Below are positions 1 to 7,781 of a stretch of DNA of 32,000 bases, in pieces. The DNA lies in assembly GCF_000021865.1 (NCBI RefSeq), contig NC_014034.1, forward strand, positions 3,270,001-3,302,000, in the 5' to 3' direction. Position numbers and translations under genes: made by a program. Numbering within the stretch: the first letter of the stretch is position 1; each line of letters begins with the position of its first letter. Source of the DNA: Rhodobacter capsulatus SB 1003 (lineage in GTDB: Bacteria; Pseudomonadota; Alphaproteobacteria; Rhodobacterales; Rhodobacteraceae). Under the pieces are notes generated by a model. That model saw nothing but the letters and a program-made list of their open reading frames with translations, was not told where the DNA came from and made no database searches.

Positions 1-935
1 ATGAACGCGGCGGCGCCAATGGCCATTCGCGGCTGATGACACTTTCGGTCGCGCAGATGCGCGCCGCGCTGGCGCAAAGCGAAATCGACTTCCCCGAGGC
101 GCCGCCGCGCTGGGGCGACATGCGCCAGCATGTGTTCTACGGCGCGCTTTATCATTTCCTCGTCATGGCGCAGAACGGGCGCTATCGCAATTTCACCCCG
201 CACCGGGGCGTCCCGGTCTTTGACGAATTCCGGCTGTACCTGCGCCGGTTGCTGCTGATGCCGGTGCAGGCGCTGGAACGGATGCTGGCGACGCGGCGGG
301 TGCGGCGCTCGGGCCATCCGATCCATCTGGTGCTGCTGCAGCTGGAACATGACGCCTCGTTCCGCATGCATTCGCCCTTCGCCAGCCAGACCGAGTTCAT
401 CGATCTGGTGATGACCGGCTTTGCCGCGGGGGCGGCCCGGCATCATCACCTTGTCTTCAAGGCGCATCCGCTGGAAGACGGCCGCGCCCCGATCGCGCAG
501 ACGATCCGCGCCGCCACCGTCCGGCACGGGCTGGCGGGCCGGGTGCATTTCATCCGCGGCGGCAAGCTGGCGGAACTTCTGGCGCAGGCGCGCTCGGCCG
601 TCACGGTGAATTCGACCGCGGCGCAGCAGGTGCTCTGGCGCGGGCTGCCGCTCAAGGCCTTTGGCCGGGCGGTCTTCGACAAGCCGGAATTCGTCTCCAC
701 CCAGCCGCTGCCCGAATTCTTTGCCAGCCCGAAACGGCCGGACACGCGGCTTTATCGCGATTATCGCCATTACCTGCTGGAAACCTCGCAAATTCCGGGC
801 GGTTTCTATTCGGCGCGGGGGCGGCGGATCCTGCTGCGGCAGGTGGTCGACATGATGCTCTCGCCCGAAGATCCCTATGACGCGCTGAGCGCAGGCAGAG
901 CGGCACCAAGGCAACAGTTGCGCGTGGTGACGTGA
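1..935 (+). CDS. kpsS: Capsule polysaccharide biosynthesis protein KpsS (beta-Kdo transferase family), 5'-truncated by window edge
   Basis: ORF 36..935, with frame 3 open back to nt 3 (no stop). The translated edge ERGGANGHSRL followed by MTLSVAQ... aligns by eye with the mid-region of E. coli KpsS (EEGGVNAYSSLPRD...). Downstream matches include FKAHPLEDG (E. coli IKHHPMDRG) and AVTVNSTAAQQ (E. coli VVTINSTAGIS). About 130 N-terminal residues are expected upstream of the window. Confidence 0.85.
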   Translation, partial: ERGGANGHSRLMTLSVAQMRAALAQSEIDFPEAPPRWGDMRQHVFYGALYHFLVMAQNGRYRNFTPHRGVPVFDEFRLYLRRLLLMPVQALERMLATRRVRRSGHPIHLVLLQLEHDASFRMHSPFASQTEFIDLVMTGFAAGAARHHHLVFKAHPLEDGRAPIAQTIRAATVRHGLAGRVHFIRGGKLAELLAQARSAVTVNSTAAQQVLWRGLPLKAFGRAVFDKPEFVSTQPLPEFFASPKRPDTRLYRDYRHYLLETSQIPGGFYSARGRRILLRQVVDMMLSPEDPYDALSAGRAAPRQQLRVVT

Positions 936-1008
936 TCGCGCTGGAAATTGCGGCGCCACATCGCTATTCTACCGGAAAAACAAGGCAATCCCCAGAGGAG
1001 CCCGAGCA

Positions 1009-2145
1009 GTGAGCGTGACTTTTCCCCGCAGGACCCTTTTGCTGGGTCTTTCGGCGGTGCTTCTTGGCACTGCCTCCTGTGGCCTGCCCCGGCCCGGCCC
1101 GAACAAGCGCGAGATCTTCGCCGGATCGGTGATGCGCCGCGGCGATGCCTTTGTCGTCACCGTCGATGACCATGTGGCGCGGGCGACCGCGGTGCAACCG
1201 GCGCTTGGCTTTTCCTCCAGCTTCCAGACTGCGGGCGTCGTCGGCTCGGACACGATCAACCCCGGGGACACGCTGCAGCTGACGATCTGGGAAAACGTCG
1301 ATGACGGGCTTCTGGCGCAGGAAGGCACGACCGCGACGCAGCTGACCGAGGTGCAGGTCGATGGCGCGGGCTACATTTTCGTGCCCTATGCGGGCAAGAT
1401 CAAGGCGGCGGGCAATTCCCCCGATGCGCTGCGCAAGATCATCACCGAAAAGCTCGATGCGCAGACCCCCGATCCGCAGGTGCTGATCGCGCGTACGGCG
1501 GGCGATGGCGCCACCGTTTCGGTCATGGGCTCGGTCGGCGGGCAGGGCGTCTATGCGATCGAACGGCCGACGCGGACGCTGTCGTCGATGATCGCGCGGG
1601 CGGGCGGCGTGACGATCAAGCCCGAGATCACCAAGATCACCGTCAAGCGCGGCGGCAAGCAGGGCACGGTCTGGTTGACCGATCTTTACAAGAACCCGAA
1701 GATGGACATCGCCCTGCGTCCGGGCGACGTGATCCTGGTCGAGGAAGACACCCGCGCCTTCACCTCGCTTGGCGCCACCGGCGCGCAGGCGCGCGTGCCC
1801 TTCGAAACGCAGACGCTCTCCGCGCTCGAGGCCATCGCCACCGTGGGCGGGCTGTCGTCCAGCACCGCCGATCCGAAGGGGGTCTTCGTCTTCCGCAACG
1901 AACCGGCGGAAATCGCCCGGGTGGTGCTGGGCCGCAACGATCTCGTCGGCGATCAGCGCATGGTCTATGTGCTCAACCTGACCGAGCCGAACGGCATGTT
2001 CCTTGCCCGCGATTTCGTGATCCGCGACGGCGACACCGTCTATGTCACCGAAGCGCCCTTCGTGCAGTGGCAAAAATCGCTCTCGGCACTTACCGGATCG
2101 GCCACGGCGGCGAATTCGATCAACAACGTCGCCTCCGGGAACTGA
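1009..2145 (+). CDS. Polysaccharide export outer-membrane lipoprotein (Wza / Neisseria CtrA-type, Poly_export + SLBB)
   Basis: GTG start at 1009, 8 nt after AGAGGAG (994-1000). N-terminus MSVTFPRRTLLLGLSAVLLGTASC is a signal peptide with a lipobox-like Cys. The INPGDTLQLTIWEN motif is Poly_export-like. At 378 aa it matches the size of Wza-type exporters and it sits between kpsS and kpsC. Confidence 0.82.
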   Translation: MSVTFPRRTLLLGLSAVLLGTASCGLPRPGPNKREIFAGSVMRRGDAFVVTVDDHVARATAVQPALGFSSSFQTAGVVGSDTINPGDTLQLTIWENVDDGLLAQEGTTATQLTEVQVDGAGYIFVPYAGKIKAAGNSPDALRKIITEKLDAQTPDPQVLIARTAGDGATVSVMGSVGGQGVYAIERPTRTLSSMIARAGGVTIKPEITKITVKRGGKQGTVWLTDLYKNPKMDIALRPGDVILVEEDTRAFTSLGATGAQARVPFETQTLSALEAIATVGGLSSSTADPKGVFVFRNEPAEIARVVLGRNDLVGDQRMVYVLNLTEPNGMFLARDFVIRDGDTVYVTEAPFVQWQKSLSALTGSATAANSINNVASGN

Positions 2146-4160
2146 TGCCCGAAGCGGCCCACTCCCGGCGGCTTTTTCCCTATGCGGCCGGGTTTGTGTG
2201 GCAACCGCAGCTGCGCGCGATGCTGCGCGCGGCGGGCTACAGCCTGCATCTCGGCCTGCCCGGGCCCGAAGATCGCGTCGTCGTCTGGGGCCGGTCCCCC
2301 TATGCCGCGCGCGGCGAGGCGGTGGCGGCACGGCGGGGCGTCGGTCTCGTCCGGCTCGAAGATGCGTTTTTGCGCTCGGTCCGTCCGGGGCGGGCGCGCG
2401 GGGCGGGCGGCCCGCTTGGGCTTTTCATCGACCCGTTCGGCGTGCATTTCGACGCGGCAACCCCCTCGTTGCTGGAGCGTCTGCTGGCACGGGAACCGCT
2501 TGACGACACCGCGCTTCTGGATCGCGCCCGCGACGGCATCGCCCGGCTGAAGGCGCTTCAGCTCTCGAAATACAATGACTTCGACGAAACCCTGCCGCCG
2601 CCTGCCCCGGGCTATGTGCTGGTGATCGACCAGATCCGGGGCGATGCCTCGATCGCGCATGGCGGGGCGACGGCCGCGAGCTTCCGCGAGATGCTGGCCG
2701 TGGCGCAGATCGAAAACCCCGGCGCGCGGATCGTGATCAAGACCCATCCCGAGACCCGGGCGGGCCTGCGCCCGGGCCATTACGGCCCCGCGCAGGAAGA
2801 CGCCCGGACCACGCTTCTGACCGATCCGGTCGCGCCCTGGGCGCTGCTGGACGGCGCCATCGCGGTCTACACCGTGTCGTCGCTTCTGGGCTACGAGGCG
2901 ATCCTGGCCGGGCACAGGCCGCGCGTCTTCGGCCAGCCCTTCTATGCGGGCTGGGGGCTGAGCGTCGATGAAAATCCGGTCCCGCGGCGGCACAGGCGGC
3001 TGACGCGGGCGCAGATCTTCGCCGTCAGCCACATTTTGGCGCCGACCTGGGTCGACCCCTGCCGCGGCCGGATCTGCCGCTTCGAGGAAGCCGTCGATCA
3101 GCTTGAGGCCGAGGTCCGCGCCTTTCGCGCCGACCGGGCGGGCCATGTCGCCACCGGCATGCGGCTGTGGAAACGCCGTCCGCTGCAGCAGTTTTTCGGC
3201 CGCGAAAAGCCCTTGCGCTTCGTCGATCCGCCCGACCGCGCCGCCGCCGTGGCGCAGGCCTCCGGTCGCAGCCTGCTGCTCTGGGCGGGCAAGGAACCCC
3301 CGGGCTTCGGCCCTCCCGCGCTGCGGGTTGAAGATGGGTTCCTGCGCTCGAAAGGGCTTGGCGCCGATCTGGTGCCGCCCTTGTCGCTGGTCACCGATGC
3401 GCGGGGGATCTATTTCGATCCGACCCGGCCCTCGGATCTGGAAGATCTGATTTCGCGCCCCCCTCCCCCCGGCGGCCTGGCCCGGGCCGAACGCCTGATC
3501 GCGGCCCTGCGCAGGGACAAAGTTTCAAAATACAACCTTGACGGGCGTACCCCCGATCTGCCGCAGGGCTATCGCATCCTGGTTCCGGGGCAGGTGGAAG
3601 ACGATGCCTCGATCCGCTTGGGCGCAGGCAAGACTTGCACAAATCTGGCCTTGCTGGCGCAAACACGGGCACTCAACCCAAAGGCGATTATCCTTTTCAA
3701 ACCTCACCCGGATGTCGAGGCCGGTCTGCGTCCGGGCGCCCTGCCCGAGGCCGAAGCCCTGCGCCACGCCGATCTTGTCTTGCACAAATCGAACCCGGTG
3801 GCGCTGATCGAGGCGGTGGATGAAGTCTGGACGATGACCTCGCTTCTGGGCTTCGAGGCGCTGCTTCGCGGCAAGAAGGTCACGGTGACCGGAGCGCCCT
3901 TTTATGCGGGCTGGGGGCTGACCCGCGACCTTGGCCCGGTGCCCGACCGGCGCAAGGCGCGTCCCACGCTGGCGCAGATGGTGCATGCCGCGCTGATCGC
4001 CTATCCGCGCTATCTTGACCCCGTGACCCGCCGCCCCTGCCCGCCCGAAGTGGTGATTGACCGGCTGGCCCATGGCCCCCTGCCCCGCCCCGGCCCGCTG
4101 AACCGGAGCCTTGCGAAGCTGCAGGGGCTGTTCGCGGGCGTGGCTTTCCTGTGGCGCTAG
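2145..4160 (+). CDS. kpsC: Capsule polysaccharide biosynthesis protein KpsC (two-domain beta-Kdo transferase)
   Basis: ATG 2145 overlaps the upstream stop (TGATG), so it is preferred over the ORF-track ATG 2067, which would overlap the exporter gene by 79 nt. There are two tandem halves. Each carries the (L/V)ED(A/G)FLRS, SKYN, (T/P)HP(E/D) and PFYAGWGL motifs seen in both halves of E. coli KpsC. Confidence 0.9.
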   Translation: MPEAAHSRRLFPYAAGFVWQPQLRAMLRAAGYSLHLGLPGPEDRVVVWGRSPYAARGEAVAARRGVGLVRLEDAFLRSVRPGRARGAGGPLGLFIDPFGVHFDAATPSLLERLLAREPLDDTALLDRARDGIARLKALQLSKYNDFDETLPPPAPGYVLVIDQIRGDASIAHGGATAASFREMLAVAQIENPGARIVIKTHPETRAGLRPGHYGPAQEDARTTLLTDPVAPWALLDGAIAVYTVSSLLGYEAILAGHRPRVFGQPFYAGWGLSVDENPVPRRHRRLTRAQIFAVSHILAPTWVDPCRGRICRFEEAVDQLEAEVRAFRADRAGHVATGMRLWKRRPLQQFFGREKPLRFVDPPDRAAAVAQASGRSLLLWAGKEPPGFGPPALRVEDGFLRSKGLGADLVPPLSLVTDARGIYFDPTRPSDLEDLISRPPPPGGLARAERLIAALRRDKVSKYNLDGRTPDLPQGYRILVPGQVEDDASIRLGAGKTCTNLALLAQTRALNPKAIILFKPHPDVEAGLRPGALPEAEALRHADLVLHKSNPVALIEAVDEVWTMTSLLGFEALLRGKKVTVTGAPFYAGWGLTRDLGPVPDRRKARPTLAQMVHAALIAYPRYLDPVTRRPCPPEVVIDRLAHGPLPRPGPLNRSLAKLQGLFAGVAFLWR

Positions 4161-5260
4161 GCGCGCAGCCAGCGCGCCAGAACATCGGGGCCGATCGGCT
4201 GCAGGCTGTCCAGCCGATAGCGCGGGGCCTCTGCCAGCCGCGTCAGGCCCAGATCGCCGATCCCGGGCCGCGCATCGCCGCCCAGCACCACGCCCGCGGT
4301 GAAGCCGATCAGCTCGTCAACCAGGCCCGCCGCCATCAGACTGGCCGCGAACTGCCCGCCGCCCTCGCAAAAGACCCGGGTCAGGCCGCGGGCCCCCAGC
4401 GCCGCCAGCAGCGCCACCGGATCAAGCCCCGTGTCACGCCCCGTGTCACGCCCGGCAACCTCGATCAATTCGGCGCCGAGCCCGGCCCAGAACGCCCGCG
4501 CCTCCCCGGGCGCCTCGGCGCCGTGCAAAAGCCACAAGGGCGCCTGCCCGAGCGATCCCGCCAGCCGCCCGCGCGGCAGATCCAGACGGCGCGAGGCCAC
4601 GACCCGCACCGGCGCCCGCAAGGGCTTGAAATGACGCAAGGTCAGCAGCGGATCATCGGCCCGCGCCGTGCCACCGCCGACCAGAACCGCATCGAACCGC
4701 GCCCGCAGCGCCTGCACCTGCGCGCGCGCCTGCGGCCCGGTGATCCACTGGCTTTCCCCATTCGCCAGCGCGATCCGGCCGTCGAAACTGGCCCCCAGCT
4801 TCAGCGCCAGCCAAGGCCGCCCGCGCTCGATCCGGCTCAAAAACCCCGCCTGCGCCGCCCGCGCCTCGGCCGCCAGAACCCCGGTTTCGACCGCAATCCC
4901 CGCCGCGCGCAGCATCGCATGGCCGCGCCCCGAGACCCGCGGATCGGGATCTTCCAGCGCCGAGACCACCCGCACCACCCCGGCCGCGATCAGCGCCTCG
5001 GCACAGGGCGGGGTCTTGCCATGATGGGCGCAGGGCTCGAGCGTGACATAGGCGGTGGCCCCGCGCGCGGCCGGGCCCGCCTGATCCAGCGCCCGGCGTT
5101 CCGCATGCGGCCGCCCGCCCGGCTGGGTCCAGCCCCGCCCGACGATGCGCCCGCCATTGACGATCACGCAGCCCACCGCGGGATTGGGCCAGACATTGCC
5201 CAACCCGCGCCCGGCCAGCCCCAGCGCCAGCCGCATAAAGCGGCCGTCGGCCTCGCTCAC
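4157..5260 (-). CDS. ribD: Bifunctional riboflavin biosynthesis protein RibD (pyrimidine deaminase / uracil reductase)
   Basis: N-terminal deaminase motifs HAE (PHAERRAL) and PCxxxxxxPPC ([16 protein letters not shown]), plus a C-terminal RibD_C-like reductase half. The start overlaps the nrdR stop (ATGA). The stop overlaps the kpsC stop convergently (shared CTAG). Confidence 0.95.
   Translation of the reverse strand: MSEADGRFMRLALGLAGRGLGNVWPNPAVGCVIVNGGRIVGRGWTQPGGRPHAERRALDQAGPAARGATAYVTLEPCAHHGKTPPCAEALIAAGVVRVVSALEDPDPRVSGRGHAMLRAAGIAVETGVLAAEARAAQAGFLSRIERGRPWLALKLGASFDGRIALANGESQWITGPQARAQVQALRARFDAVLVGGGTARADDPLLTLRHFKPLRAPVRVVASRRLDLPRGRLAGSLGQAPLWLLHGAEAPGEARAFWAGLGAELIEVAGRDTGRDTGLDPVALLAALGARGLTRVFCEGGGQFAASLMAAGLVDELIGFTAGVVLGGDARPGIGDLGLTRLAEAPRYRLDSLQPIGPDVLARWLRA
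4427..4450. repeat. Perfect 12-bp tandem duplication inside ribD
   Basis: ccccgtgtcacg occurs twice (4427-4438 and 4439-4450). It is in frame and gives the duplicated GRDT/GRDT in the RibD reductase half. Confidence 0.9.
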
Positions 5261-5724
5261 TCGGCGTCTCCGGGATGGGGGCGCAGTTCCGAGACGAATT
5301 TGTCGAAATCGTCGGCCGCCTGGAAGTTCTTGTAAACGCTGGCGAAACGCACATAGGCCACGGTGTCGATCCGGGCCAGCGTCTCCATCACGATCTCGCC
5401 GATCGCGCGCGAGGGAATGTCGGTCTCGCCCAGGCTTTCCAGCCGCCGCACGATCCCCGAGATCATCTGGTCGATCCGCTCCGGCTCGATCGGGCGTTTC
5501 TGCATCGCGATGCGGATCGAGCGCTCCAGCTTGTCACGGTCGAAATCCTCGCGCCGCCCCGAGGTCTTGATCACCACCAGATCGCGCAATTGCACGCGCT
5601 CATAGGTGGTGAAACGACCGCCGCAGGCCGGACAGAACCGCCGCCGCCGGATCGCCACATGATCCTCGGCCGGACGGCTGTCCTTCACTTGCGTATCGAC
5701 ATTTCCGCAAAACGGGCAGCGCAT
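5257..5724 (-). CDS. nrdR: Transcriptional repressor NrdR (zinc ribbon + ATP-cone)
   Basis: [17 protein letters not shown]...[18 protein letters not shown] four-Cys zinc ribbon followed by an ATP-cone region. Length is 155 aa. The conserved nrdR-ribD gene order is present. Confidence 0.97.
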   Translation of the reverse strand: MRCPFCGNVDTQVKDSRPAEDHVAIRRRRFCPACGGRFTTYERVQLRDLVVIKTSGRREDFDRDKLERSIRIAMQKRPIEPERIDQMISGIVRRLESLGETDIPSRAIGEIVMETLARIDTVAYVRFASVYKNFQAADDFDKFVSELRPHPGDAE

Positions 5725-5773
5725 GGCATCCCCCCTCTCATGTTACCGCCTCATTTGGGGTCTGTCGCCCCGG

Positions 5774-5782
5774 TTATCCACA
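5774..5782 (+). promoter_or_regulatory. Perfect DnaA-box 9-mer TTATCCACA upstream of nrdR
   Basis: Exact match to the canonical DnaA box consensus, 50-58 nt upstream of the nrdR ATG (5724). It lies next to a TATAGT -10-like hexamer (minus strand, 5785-5790). Confidence 0.4.
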
Positions 5783-5810
5783 GGACTATAGGGGGGGGGC
5801 GAGGGATCGG

Positions 5811-5845
5811 GTAGCACAAATTGGCGGCCCCCAGATACGGGGCCG
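5811..5845 (-). terminator. Possible terminator of the small lipoprotein gene
   Basis: 7-bp GC stem (5825-5831 / 5839-5845). On the minus strand it is followed by CCAATTTGTGC, a weak T tract. Confidence 0.3.
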
Positions 5846-5879
5846 GAACTGTGGCGGCGCGGACTCAGCCGCGACCGGC

Positions 5880-6248
5880 TCAGGCTTTGGGCGCAACAGG
5901 GGCCGGGGCGGTCGTCAGCGCGGCCGGCTGCGCGGCGGCGCGATCCCGGGCGTAGACGGCCAGACATTCGGGCATGATGCCCAGCACCTGCACCTCCTTC
6001 GCGAAGGCGGCATCGACGGCCTCGGCCGACATCGGCTTCGACTTCTGCCCCACCGGCGCCAGCGTGCCATCGCCCTTGCCGCTCACCAGCGCGAAAAGCC
6101 CCCCGGGCTCGGCGGTGACATAGGCGAAACAGGTGCCCTTTTGCGACATCCGCGGCGCCTTCGGATCGGCGGGCAGACCCTCGACACAGGCACTCAGAAC
6201 AAGCGGCAGAACCAGAAGGCAGACAGGGCGGAGGGAAGCAAAGGACAT
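5880..6248 (-). CDS. Small hypothetical lipoprotein (122 aa)
   Basis: An internal ATG at 6248 of ORF 5880..6689 gives MSFASLRPVCLLVLPLVLSAC, a signal peptide with an LSAC lipobox. The upstream part of the ORF is R/G/P-rich non-coding-looking sequence. No family recognised. Confidence 0.55.
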   Translation of the reverse strand: MSFASLRPVCLLVLPLVLSACVEGLPADPKAPRMSQKGTCFAYVTAEPGGLFALVSGKGDGTLAPVGQKSKPMSAEAVDAAFAKEVQVLGIMPECLAVYARDRAAAQPAALTTAPAPVAPKA

Positions 6249-6342
6249 GGCGACCTCGTGAAAATCCTGCCCCACGGTAGCAGCCTGCACGACGGGGGCA
6301 AGGGGCAATGCGGCGCAAGGCCCCCCGGGCAACCGGCCCCCG

Positions 6343-6416
6343 TTTCTTCTTGGCCCAAATACGCCGGGGGTCCGGGGGCGGAGCCCCCGGCGGGTCGCCG
6401 CGCGGCCGCGCGGCGA
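6343..6416 (+). repeat. Intergenic repeat family, copy A
   Basis: tttcTTCTTGGcccAAATACGCCGGGGgtCCGGGGGcggagCCCCCGG, followed by the perfect 20-nt palindrome cgccgcgcggccgcgcggcg (6397-6416). It shares TTCTTGG-N3-AAATACGCCGGGG exactly with copy D. Confidence 0.7.
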
Positions 6417-6449
6417 AACAAAGGACCGACCGGGCAGCCCCCCGGTCGG
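6412..6449 (-). terminator. Putative intrinsic terminator of cydABX
   Basis: 9-bp stem ccgaccggg (6426-6434) / cccggtcgg (6441-6449) with a 6-nt loop. On the minus strand it is followed by TCCTTTGTTTCG. Confidence 0.5.
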
Positions 6450-6496
6450 CCAGTGAACCCGAAACGCGAAGGGACGCGGGATCGGGGATCCCTCGT

Positions 6497-6607
6497 TCAG
6501 ACCTCTCCGTCGCGGCGCCGGTCCTCCTGCATCTCGAACCACATCGCGTTCAGCACGCCGAACATCACCGCCACCGGCAGGCCCAGAAGCCAGGCGAAAT
6601 ACCACAT
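6497..6607 (-). CDS. cydX: Cytochrome bd oxidase small subunit CydX (36 aa), absent from ORF track
   Basis: Hand translation of the minus strand from ATG 6607 gives MWYFAWLLGLPVAVMFGVLNAMWFEMQEDRRRDGEV*. Compare E. coli CydX MWYFAWILGTLLACSFGVITALALE... The start lies 12 nt downstream of the cydB stop and is preceded by GGAGACGC. Confidence 0.85.
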   Translation of the reverse strand: MWYFAWLLGLPVAVMFGVLNAMWFEMQEDRRRDGEV

Positions 6608-6619
6608 GTTGCGTCTCCT

Positions 6620-7777
6620 TCAGTAGGCGTTCGGATTGCGGCTGATGTCCTCGGGGCGCACCTTGCCCCAAAGCACCTTGTAGACCCAAGACGTGTAGGC
6701 CAGGATGATCGGCATGAAGATCACCGTCGAGACCAGCATGATGAACAGCGTCATCTGCGACGAGGAACTGTCCCAGACCGTCAGCGAGGCCGAGGGGTTC
6801 AGCGACGAGGGCAGGATGAAGGGAAACATGCTCAGCCCCACCGTCGAGATCACGCCGAAGATGCCGATCATCGAGGCCGTCACCGCCCAGCCGCTCCAGA
6901 GCCGCATCAGCACCACCGCCCCGCCCAGACCCAGCACCGCCAGCGCGGGCGCAACCGCGATCCAGGGCCGGGTCTGATAGGCGTCGATCCAGGAGCCGCC
7001 GCGCACCACCTCGGACAGAAGCGGGTTCGACGGGCCCAAGGGGTCGGGCGCGGTGACAAACTGATAGGCCGGGATGCCGAAGGCCAGCCAGACCCCCGCC
7101 AGGGCAAAGGTGACGATGGTCAAGACCCCCGCCCAGCTGCCGATCCGCCGCGCCCGCGCCTGCACCGCGCCCTCGGTCTTCAGAACCAGCCAGGCCGCGC
7201 CATGGGCGATATGCATCGACAGCGACACGACGCCGACGAACAGCGCAAACGGGTTCAGAAGCCCCAGCAGCTTCGTCAGCGGATTGCCCGGATAGACCGG
7301 CAACAGCGTCTCGTCGAGCGTGAAGGGCACGCCCTGCAGCACATTGCCGACCGCGACGCCAAAGATCAGCGCGGGCACCGCGCCGCCCACCACCAAGGCC
7401 CAGTCCCAGCGCGTCCGCCAGACCGCACTTTCGCGCTTGTTGCGGTATTTGAACCCCACCGGCCGCAGGATCAGCGCCGCCAGCACCAGAAACATCGCCA
7501 GATAAAAGCCCGAGAAACTGACCGCATAAAGCGGCGGCCAGGCGGCAAAGATCGCCCCGCCGCCGAGGATCAGCCAGACCTGGTTGCCCTCCCAGACCGG
7601 GCCGATGGTGTTGATGACCACCCGCCGCTCGGCGTCGGATTTGGCGACAAAGGGGTTCAGCGCCGCCACCCCCATGTCAAACCCGTCCGTCGCGGCCAGC
7701 CCGATCAAAAGGACGCCCAGAAGCACCCACCAGATCACGCGCAGCAGGTCATAGCTCAGAAGTTCATGCAGGATCAT
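6620..7777 (-). CDS. cydB: Cytochrome bd ubiquinol oxidase subunit II
   Basis: 385-aa polytopic protein. The N-terminus MILHELLSYDLLRVIWWVLLGVLLIGLAATDGFDMGVAAL is typical of CydB. It lies immediately downstream of cydA. Confidence 0.95.
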   Translation of the reverse strand: MILHELLSYDLLRVIWWVLLGVLLIGLAATDGFDMGVAALNPFVAKSDAERRVVINTIGPVWEGNQVWLILGGGAIFAAWPPLYAVSFSGFYLAMFLVLAALILRPVGFKYRNKRESAVWRTRWDWALVVGGAVPALIFGVAVGNVLQGVPFTLDETLLPVYPGNPLTKLLGLLNPFALFVGVVSLSMHIAHGAAWLVLKTEGAVQARARRIGSWAGVLTIVTFALAGVWLAFGIPAYQFVTAPDPLGPSNPLLSEVVRGGSWIDAYQTRPWIAVAPALAVLGLGGAVVLMRLWSGWAVTASMIGIFGVISTVGLSMFPFILPSSLNPSASLTVWDSSSSQMTLFIMLVSTVIFMPIILAYTSWVYKVLWGKVRPEDISRNPNAY

Positions 7778-7781
7778 GGTC

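Noticed and set aside
1-36. Frame-1 mini-ORF atgaac...ggctga ending at 36 and overlapping ATG 36 (TGATG), suggesting that kpsS starts at 36
   Set aside because: Frame 3 is open to the window edge, and its translation (ERGGANGHSRL) continues the alignment with E. coli KpsS. kpsS therefore extends upstream and the frame-1 reading is probably fortuitous.
964-5354. Antisense or alternative-frame ORFs over the kps genes and ribD (964..2331 -, 2040..3146 -, 4151..5335 +, 4653..5354 -)
   Set aside because: Same reasoning. They overlap confidently assigned genes and have extreme Arg/Pro/Gly/Ala composition.
6249-6689. Upstream extension of ORF 5880..6689 (269 aa) and ORFs 6141..6626 / 6194..6421
   Set aside because: The extension runs through the repeat element, the cyd terminator and cydX. 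Only the last 122 codons, which begin with a signal peptide and lipobox, look like a real protein.
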